Shown here in pieces: positions 57,401-64,000 of a DNA stretch of 64,000 bases. The notes beneath the pieces are model-generated. The model was not told where the DNA came from. It was given only the letters and a program-made list of their open reading frames with translations, and did not search any database. How positions within the stretch are numbered: position 1 is the stretch's first letter; each line of letters begins with the position of its first letter. Position numbers and translations under genes: made by a program. The DNA is from an uncultured bacterium (GTDB taxonomy: Bacteria; Chloroflexota; UBA5177; JANWHV01), in NCBI GenBank assembly GCA_963729625.1, contig CAVSOU010000007.1, forward strand, positions 512,001-576,000. Direction: 5' to 3'.

Positions 57401-59491
57401 TCAGGTTGACGTGTCTGCCTCCGCCAGAATGGCTATGCCGCGCGACTGCAGCTCGAGCATGCCATCGTCGTGCAGACAGCCGGTGAGCAAATCGCGGAAC
57501 GCCCGGGGCAGCGCAATACGTGCAGGCTGTTCAGTATGGTTGAGCACCGTAATGTAGGCGCCGTCCTGGCCCTCCCGGCAGGTCACCTCCACTCCGGCCG
57601 GCGCCTCCAGAGGCGCTTCGATGCCGGCGTCGCGGATCAGCATTCGGATCAGTGCCGCGACGAATGCCGGCTCGGGCCGCGTGCCGACATAGACGCCGCG
57701 GCCACGTCCAACTCTGTTTTCAGTTACCGCGGGGCGACCACTGTAGAAGTCATCCCCGTAGCCGGCCAGCGCCGTCGCGCCCTCCAGGTGTAGCAAGTCG
57801 CACCACAGATCGCAGGTGTAGGTCCCTTCTGGCATAGGGCTTCCGCCCTGCACGACGAGCCGATTGGACATATCCGGCTCCAGCGGATCGAACTCCTCTA
57901 CCCAGATTCCGAGCGTCTTCCGAAGCGGTCCGGGGTAGCCGCCCAACCAGGCCCGGTTGTCGTCGTCGACGATGCCGCTGAAGAAAGTGGTCAGAAATGT
58001 GCCGCCTTCCTCTACAAAGCGCCCAACTGACTGAGCCTGGCCTTCGGTGACCATGTGGAGCAGCGGCGCAATTACCAGGTCATAGGCTGACAGATCGTGG
58101 TCAGGCGCAATAATGTCGACCGGAACATTCTGGTCCCACAGCGCGCGATAGTAGGTCAGTACTTGCTCCACGTAGTCCAATGAGGAGCTCGGACCAGGTT
58201 TGAACTCCACGCTCCACCAATTGGGCCAGGAGAACACCAATGCCACCCGTGCCCGGATGCGCGTGCCAAGCATGGTGGCGCCAAGATTGCGCAGCTCGGC
58301 TCCCAGGGCCGCGACGTCGCGAAAGACCCGGGTGTCCTCGCGGCCCGCATGGCTGATCACGGCGCCATGGAACATTTCGGCCGCGCCGCGAGACTGCCGC
58401 CATTGAAAGAACATCACGCCATCTGCGCCGTGAGCGATGGCCTGGTACGAGAGCAAGCGCATCGCACCGGGGCGCTTGAGGGGGTTGTGCGGCGTCCATT
58501 GCACCTGGCTGGGAGTCTGTTCGATCAGTACCCACGGCGCTCCTGCCTTGAGGCCGCGCATCAGGTCGTGCCGAAAGGCAACGGACGCCGGATGGTCGCC
58601 GAGCCGAGGATAGGAGTCCCAGGACACGATGTCCAGGTGCGGCGCCCAGGCGAAATAGTCGAGCGGCTCAAACGTGCCCATAAGGTTTGTGGTGACGGGG
58701 ATATCGGGAGTTTGCTCACGCAGGATCTCCACTTCGCCGCGATAGCACTCGAGGTTCATCTCGGACATGAAGCGACGATAGTCGAGAACGAGTCCCTGCA
58801 TGCTCTGCTCGCCGCGAGCAGTCGGGGGTGCGATCTGCTCCCAGTCGGTATAGGTGTGGCCCCAGAACGAGCCTACCCACCGGCGGTTAACCTCACTCAG
58901 GCTGCCGTAGCGCGCGCGCAGCCAGTCCCGAAAGCGTGTGGCGCAGCGAGGGCAATAGCAATATGGGCCGTATTCGTTGCTGATGTGCCACAGGAGCAGT
59001 GCTGGGTGCCGGCGATAGCGTTCCGCGAGGCGGCTCACAATACCCCTGCCAAGGCGGCGAAAATCAGGGCTGGTCGGGCAATAGTTCTGCCGTCCTCCGT
59101 GCGCACGCTGGAGTCCGGACTCGTCCACCGGAAGTACATCCGGGTAGGCTGCCGACAGCCACGCCGGCTGAGCGGCAGTCGGCGTGGCCAAACACGCGCG
59201 CACGCCGTTCTCGGCCAGCAGAGCCAGGATCCGGTCGAGCCAGTCAAATGTGAACGTAAACTCGCTCGGTTGCAATGATGACCAGCTGAAGATCCCGACT
59301 GACAGGGTATTCACACCGGCACGGCGCATCAAGCGCATGTCGTCTTGCCAGATGGTCTCGTTCTCGTAGCCTTGGGCCGCATCCCACTGCTCCGGATTGT
59401 AGTCCCCGCCATACAAAGATGCGCCGACCTCGGTGCCGAAATAGGATTCCGCGTTGCGCCGGCCAGGCGCACGCGAAAAGGTCTCAAACAT
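57401..59491 (-). CDS. GH42 beta-galactosidase
   Basis: YGGDYNPEQW, WHISNEY, CYC..C, SWDSYP, IEQTPS, FFQWR. Confidence 0.96.
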   Translation of the reverse strand: MFETFSRAPGRRNAESYFGTEVGASLYGGDYNPEQWDAAQGYENETIWQDDMRLMRRAGVNTLSVGIFSWSSLQPSEFTFTFDWLDRILALLAENGVRACLATPTAAQPAWLSAAYPDVLPVDESGLQRAHGGRQNYCPTSPDFRRLGRGIVSRLAERYRRHPALLLWHISNEYGPYCYCPRCATRFRDWLRARYGSLSEVNRRWVGSFWGHTYTDWEQIAPPTARGEQSMQGLVLDYRRFMSEMNLECYRGEVEILREQTPDIPVTTNLMGTFEPLDYFAWAPHLDIVSWDSYPRLGDHPASVAFRHDLMRGLKAGAPWVLIEQTPSQVQWTPHNPLKRPGAMRLLSYQAIAHGADGVMFFQWRQSRGAAEMFHGAVISHAGREDTRVFRDVAALGAELRNLGATMLGTRIRARVALVFSWPNWWSVEFKPGPSSSLDYVEQVLTYYRALWDQNVPVDIIAPDHDLSAYDLVIAPLLHMVTEGQAQSVGRFVEEGGTFLTTFFSGIVDDDNRAWLGGYPGPLRKTLGIWVEEFDPLEPDMSNRLVVQGGSPMPEGTYTCDLWCDLLHLEGATALAGYGDDFYSGRPAVTENRVGRGRGVYVGTRPEPAFVAALIRMLIRDAGIEAPLEAPAGVEVTCREGQDGAYITVLNHTEQPARIALPRAFRDLLTGCLHDDGMLELQSRGIAILAEADTST

Positions 59492-59533
59492 GGAGATATC
59501 CTTCCTCAAGGTTCAGGGAAACCGGTGACGTAT

Positions 59534-59599
59534 AGTATAGGTGTCGCCAGATCCCCGGGTAAATGCCGATCGCGGCCATGAAATTGCACAAAATCGCTA
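59534..59599 (-). promoter_or_regulatory. AraC-type activated promoter of the GH42 gene
   Basis: AGCGATTTTGTGCAA-44nt-TATACT, second half-site 21 bp downstream abutting TTTAC. Confidence 0.75.
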
Positions 59600-60513
59600 C
59601 GACCTTCGAATCCGGCGCGTCGCCGCCGCCGCAGCTCCTGGTCACCGGGCACTTCAGAGCAGGTCCGGGGTATCACGTGGTGCGCCCGCAAGGCTCGCCA
59701 AACTGGTATGCGTCGCTGACTTTGCGCGGCCATGGCATCTATCGCAAAGGCGGAGTCGAGCGACTGGCAGAGCCCGGCGACCTCGTGCTCTTGAGCCCGC
59801 GTACCCCGCACGACTACGGCGTTCCTCCGCCGGGCGGCGCCTGGGAGCTTATCTGGGCGCATTTCAACCTTCGTCCGGCCTGGCTCACATGGCTGCACTT
59901 GCCCGAGCTGTCCGATGGCCTCTTCGCCCTGACCTTTCGCACTCCCGGTGCGTTCCAACGCGCGCGCCGGGCCATGTTGCGGTTGCACGGCGACGTGTGC
60001 GGCGCGCTTGGCCTGCCGGAAGATTTCGTCCGAAAGGCGCCCGAACCGGATCCATATCACGAGTACCTGCCTGAACTGGACGCGATTCAGCTCGATCTGG
60101 CGCTGTCAGGCCTGGAGGAATTGCTTCTACTCGCCACGCGAGAGAGCAAGCTGCAGAGCCCGCGATCGCTCGATTCTCGCGTTCAGCAGGTTCTGGACAT
60201 CATGTCAAACGACCTGAATGGGAGGCATGACATCAACGAGCTCGCGCAATCGGTTCGGCTGTCGCCTTCGCGTCTCGCGCACCTGTTCAAGCAGCAGACT
60301 GGCGAGACAATAGGCTACACACTGCTCAGCCTGCGCATGCGCCGCGCGGCGCTCCTCCTGGAAGCCACGGGCGTGTCGATCGGCGTGGTAGCGGAGCAGC
60401 TTGGATACTCATCGCTGTACTATTTCAGTCGCCAGTTCCACCAGCACTTCGGCGTGAGCCCGCGGGCATTTCGCGAGGCGCTGGAGAGCTCGGCTGCTCG
60501 CCCGCGCCGTTAA
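59563..60513 (+). CDS. AraC-family transcriptional regulator
   Basis: Cupin N-terminus (V.RPQG, PHDYG, W.HF), LSPSRLAHLFK, YFSRQF...FGVSP; alternative start 59578. Confidence 0.94.
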   Translation: MPIAAMKLHKIATTFESGASPPPQLLVTGHFRAGPGYHVVRPQGSPNWYASLTLRGHGIYRKGGVERLAEPGDLVLLSPRTPHDYGVPPPGGAWELIWAHFNLRPAWLTWLHLPELSDGLFALTFRTPGAFQRARRAMLRLHGDVCGALGLPEDFVRKAPEPDPYHEYLPELDAIQLDLALSGLEELLLLATRESKLQSPRSLDSRVQQVLDIMSNDLNGRHDINELAQSVRLSPSRLAHLFKQQTGETIGYTLLSLRMRRAALLLEATGVSIGVVAEQLGYSSLYYFSRQFHQHFGVSPRAFREALESSAARPRR

Positions 60514-60517
60514 CCTC

Positions 60518-60582
60518 AGCGATTTTGTGCAACTTGGTAGCCGTGGGGGCCATTTACTGCCTCTTCGGCTGCCGCCTATACT
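60518..60582 (+). promoter_or_regulatory. AraC-type activated promoter of the ABC operon
   Basis: AGCGATTTTGTGCAA-44nt-TATACT, same geometry as the GH42 promoter. Confidence 0.75.
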
Positions 60583-60895
60583 TTACGGCACTTGATGACG
60601 AGGACTCTTTATGCGATCCTTGGTGATCAGCCATGCAGGTTCCTCAGTATCAGTTGGGCGGTGCGCTGGCCGCCAGGGAGAAAGGAGTGTAAGGCAGAAT
60701 ATCACACCGGGGCTGCGAGCGCGCGCGATGCGGTGCCTCGAATGCCACGCGCTAACCCGAAGCAGCACGGACTGGTAGGAACTGGCCTTATCGGGTGCCT
60801 TCGACTCGCCATGGATTGACCGGGAAACCGGCGGATTTCGCCATCGCTCACCGATTTGAGCGAGGGCACGTTCCTAGCTCAGCGAGGAGTTACAG

Positions 60896-62161
60896 ATGAA
60901 ACGAACCCTGTTAGCAGTAGCCGCGGCGGCCCTCATGACGTTGCCGTCCATCGGCCTCGGCAATGTTCAGGCCGCTCACCCAAAGGCGGGCGGCATAACC
61001 CTCACGGTGTGGGAGGACTTCTCTAAAGACCAAGAAGCGCAATTCATCACGCTCGCCAACAAGTGGGCCGCGACAAACGGCGACAAAGTGAACTGGGTGA
61101 ATACATCCCAGCCCGGCATGGGCGGCGGCTCGACGGACGTCGCCGGTTTGCTGCGCCTCAAAGCCAAGAGCAAGGATGCGGCCGACCTGGCCTATTCGAC
61201 CGAGGATCAGTCCGGCAACCTGGCGGCCTCGGGCATCCTGGCCCAGCGGCCCGCGGGTCTCCTCAGTGCCGCCGACCTGGCGAAGTACCAGCCGGCTGCC
61301 CTTGGCGCAAGCTCGGTGAACGGCGTTGCCTACTCTATTCCGCAGGCAGTCGACGGGACTTTCCTCTACTTCAACAAGAAGTTCGTGCCCACGGCGCCGG
61401 CGAACTGGACCGACCTGATCGCCACGGCCAAGAAGCTGAACCTCGGTAACCGCCGGTACGGCCTGCTCTACAACATTACAGGCGGCCTGTACTACAACTA
61501 TTGGGCCTTCAGCGGCTATGGCGCCTACGTGTTCGGAACCAAGAACGGCAAATTCGATACGACCGATATCGGCATGGATAGCGCGGGCGCCGTGCAGGCG
61601 CTGACCTTCCTCAAGTCCCTGACCACGGTCATGCCCAAGACCACGGACTACAATGCCTCGGACAGCAACTTCATCGCCGGCAAGGCGGCAATGACGATCA
61701 ACGGCCCGTGGCAGATGGCAGCCTACCAGAAGGCACTGGGCAATAACCTGGGCGCGGCGCCGATACCCAATCTGCCGAACGGAAAGACGGCACACACGTT
61801 CATCGGCGTACGGGTCTGGGAGGTCAACAACTTCAGCAAGAATCAGGCCGCGGCCTGGGATCTCGGCAAGTACCTGAGCATGAACGGGCAGGGGATCAGC
61901 GGGACCTATGAAGGCCGCCTCCCCGCGTTCAAGTCCGTCCCAGACTGGACACCCAACGCGATTCAGGCTGCCGCCTCCCAGGCGTTCAGCGTCGGCGTCC
62001 CGATGCCGAATATCCCGGAGTTCAACAACAACACGGCGTGGGCCCCCCTGCAAAGCGCGATCACCCTGGCGATTCAAGGTCGCGCCAGCCCGGCAGTCGC
62101 CCTGAGCACCGCCGTGCAGCAGATGAAGGCTGCCCTGGCGAAGGAGGCCGCGGGCAGCTAG
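60896..62161 (+). CDS. maltose/galactan-oligomer ABC substrate-binding protein
   Basis: Signal peptide, LYFNK, F..GKAAMTINGPW, PMPNIPE; GAGGAG SD. Confidence 0.92.
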   Translation: MKRTLLAVAAAALMTLPSIGLGNVQAAHPKAGGITLTVWEDFSKDQEAQFITLANKWAATNGDKVNWVNTSQPGMGGGSTDVAGLLRLKAKSKDAADLAYSTEDQSGNLAASGILAQRPAGLLSAADLAKYQPAALGASSVNGVAYSIPQAVDGTFLYFNKKFVPTAPANWTDLIATAKKLNLGNRRYGLLYNITGGLYYNYWAFSGYGAYVFGTKNGKFDTTDIGMDSAGAVQALTFLKSLTTVMPKTTDYNASDSNFIAGKAAMTINGPWQMAAYQKALGNNLGAAPIPNLPNGKTAHTFIGVRVWEVNNFSKNQAAAWDLGKYLSMNGQGISGTYEGRLPAFKSVPDWTPNAIQAAASQAFSVGVPMPNIPEFNNNTAWAPLQSAITLAIQGRASPAVALSTAVQQMKAALAKEAAGS

Positions 62162-62181
62162 ACTCGTCCATATGAACCCGA

Positions 62182-62217
62182 GCGCGGGTGAGCAAGGCAA
62201 CTCTTGCTCACCCGCGC
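62182..62217 (+). other. intercistronic stem-loop after the SBP gene
   Basis: gcgcgggtgagcaag/cttgctcacccgcgc 15-bp stem. Confidence 0.7.
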
Positions 62218-62242
62218 CAATATCGCCAACGAAAGGGGGGAC

Positions 62243-63202
62243 ATGGCCTTGAGTACGGTGCCGACCGCGCGAATCCCACAAGCCAAACCCAGACGCAAGT
62301 TGTTTCCCTTCATATGGATGGCACCGGCCCTGCTGTTCCTGACCGTTGGCATCATCATCCCGCTGATATTCACCGTCTATATCTCCGGCACCAATTACAA
62401 TCAGCAGCACCTCTACAACTACCACTGGGTCGGCCTGCGCAACTACAGCTACGCCTTCAGCACGGATCCGTACACCGGTTACGCACACGGCTACCTGTGG
62501 CTGTTCGCCTGGACCTTTGCCTTTGCGGCCGGGTGCACGGTCGTCAATATCTGCCTGGGCGGCGCCATAGCCCTGCTGGTGAACAATCCGCGGCTGCCGG
62601 GCCGGATCATCTTTCGCGCGCTGCTGATCCTGCCCTGGGCACTGCCGTTCACCATCTCCGTGGTGACCTGGCGCGGCGTGCTGAATACCGACTTCGGCGC
62701 CGTGAACAGCATCCTGTCGTCGATAGGCCTGGGGCGACCGGACTGGCTCAACGATCCGAACCTGGCCAAGCTCTGCTTGATTGGGGTCAACGGCTGGTTT
62801 TCCTTCCCGTATTTCATGGTGCTGATTCTCAGCATCCTGCAGGCTATCCCCGGGGATCTGTACGAGGTGGCCGAGATCGACGGCGCCGGTGTTTGGTCGC
62901 GTTTCAGGCACATCACGATCCCCTCGATCCGGCCGGCCCTGGCGCCGTTGATCGTCGTGCAATTCGCGTTCCAGTTCAACAATGCGACGTTTGTCTTCGC
63001 GCTCACCGGCGGCGCGCCGCCCTCACTGGATATCACCCAGCGAGGCGAGACGGATATCCTGGGCAGCTACCTGTATAACCAGGTCATTGGATTCCAGGCC
63101 TATGGCCAGATGGCGGCGCTCGGTATCCTGGTCTTCCTGGTGATCATCATCCTGAGTTTGATCAACGTACGGCTCACCGGCGCGTTCAAGGAGGCACGGT
63201 AA
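62243..63202 (+). CDS. MalF/GanP-like ABC permease
   Basis: WVGLRNY, ILPWALP, LYEVAEIDGA, FQFNN, TDIL. Confidence 0.93.
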   Translation: MALSTVPTARIPQAKPRRKLFPFIWMAPALLFLTVGIIIPLIFTVYISGTNYNQQHLYNYHWVGLRNYSYAFSTDPYTGYAHGYLWLFAWTFAFAAGCTVVNICLGGAIALLVNNPRLPGRIIFRALLILPWALPFTISVVTWRGVLNTDFGAVNSILSSIGLGRPDWLNDPNLAKLCLIGVNGWFSFPYFMVLILSILQAIPGDLYEVAEIDGAGVWSRFRHITIPSIRPALAPLIVVQFAFQFNNATFVFALTGGAPPSLDITQRGETDILGSYLYNQVIGFQAYGQMAALGILVFLVIIILSLINVRLTGAFKEAR

Positions 63203-64000
63203 ATGGCACTGCAAGGCCCCACCGCGCGCGCTGGCCGTGAGCAGCGCACCAGGACAATCTTTCACAAGGGTCGCCGCTTGCGGCCCGATCAGAAGCGCAA
63301 CATCGCCATCTCCTGGGTCACGATGCTGCTCGTGACGGTGTTGACACTCTTTCCCATTGCCTGGATCGTGCTGACCTCCCTGAACGTGGGCGATAGCTTC
63401 GCCAGCGGCTTACTGCCCGATAAGTACACCTTCAGCCACTATGCCGACGTCTGGCAGCATACCGACTTCTTGATCTGGATTCGGAATACGCTCATCGTCG
63501 GCATTATCGCGGCGGCACTCCAGGTACTGGTGATCATTCTGATCGCCTACTCGCTCAGTCGCTTCCGCTTCGCGGGCAGGCGAACCGCGATCATGGTGCT
63601 GATGGCGTTCCAGCTGTTTCCCACGATCATGGCGCTCACGGCCTATTACTACCTGGTGAACTGGGTGACGGAGAACTGGGTACCGATCAGCGACAACTGG
63701 ATCGGGTTGATTGCTATCTACGTGGGTACGAGCATCCCGTTCAATGCCTGGCTGTTCAAGGGCTACATCGATACGCTGCCCTATGACCTCGAGGAGTCAG
63801 CCTATATCGATGGTGCCAGCCGGTTCGTAGCCTTCTGGAGGGTGATCATGCCGCTCTGCCGGCCGATGATGGCCTTCATCTTCATCTCGGGCTTCCTTGG
63901 TGTGGCAAATGAGTTCCTGATCGTCAGCATCCTGGTCACCGATCCGAGCCGCAAGACGTTCAGCATGGGCCTGCTGACCTTCGCGCTTGGCCAATTCACG
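63203..64000 (+). CDS. MalG/GanQ-like ABC permease (truncated by window end)
   Basis: Manual translation: MALQGP..., AYSLSRFRF, QLFP, KGYIDTLPYDLEESAYIDGA; open to the end. Confidence 0.92.
   Translation, partial: MALQGPTARAGREQRTRTIFHKGRRLRPDQKRNIAISWVTMLLVTVLTLFPIAWIVLTSLNVGDSFASGLLPDKYTFSHYADVWQHTDFLIWIRNTLIVGIIAAALQVLVIILIAYSLSRFRFAGRRTAIMVLMAFQLFPTIMALTAYYYLVNWVTENWVPISDNWIGLIAIYVGTSIPFNAWLFKGYIDTLPYDLEESAYIDGASRFVAFWRVIMPLCRPMMAFIFISGFLGVANEFLIVSILVTDPSRKTFSMGLLTFALGQFT

Noticed and set aside
59584-60532. 15-bp inverted repeat around araC read as transposon ends
   Set aside because: Identical spacing to -35/-10 boxes on both sides and position inside the coding start fit operators; no transposase or target duplication
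60911-62962. 683-aa minus-strand ORF and similar long ORFs (3268-4548, 23092-24204, 29749-31248, 16833-17969)
   Set aside because: Antisense shadows of well-supported GC-rich genes; no motifs
1-64000. CRISPR array, prophage, transposase, reverse transcriptase or rRNA
   Set aside because: No regularly spaced repeats or diagnostic motifs seen by eye

Overview
GC-rich bacterial chromosomal segment, most consistent with a Chloroflexota-like lineage. This is inferred from gene content: remA-gmk, rqcH, PIN/TRAM-ispD-ispF, Uma2, an F420-type LLM enzyme and Tat-type sugar SBPs. I call about 50 CDS plus tRNA-Leu(CAA). Housekeeping genes include gmk, rqcH, recN, ilvD, ahpC, citrate synthase, ispD/F and pyrB. 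Accessory and envelope genes include three tandem GT9 glycosyltransferases, a two-component system, vapBC, an L,D-transpeptidase/CapA pair and a LysM lytic transglycosylase. There are two carbohydrate loci: an uncharacterised cluster at 44.9-55.2 kb (two UROD-like enzymes, LLM, M20, ABC transporter, NagB-like, RidA) and a GH42/AraC/ABC galactan-type locus running off the right end. I saw no CRISPR array, transposase, integrase or prophage gene. The strongest unexplained signals are non-coding: twin AraC-type promoters with identical geometry at both ends of araC, a nested structured ~300-nt leader before the ABC operon, several other candidate structured RNAs, a duplicated rqcH 3' end, and a 12-bp inverted repeat bracketing a PilZ gene. 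Product calls come from motif recognition by eye, not database searches.
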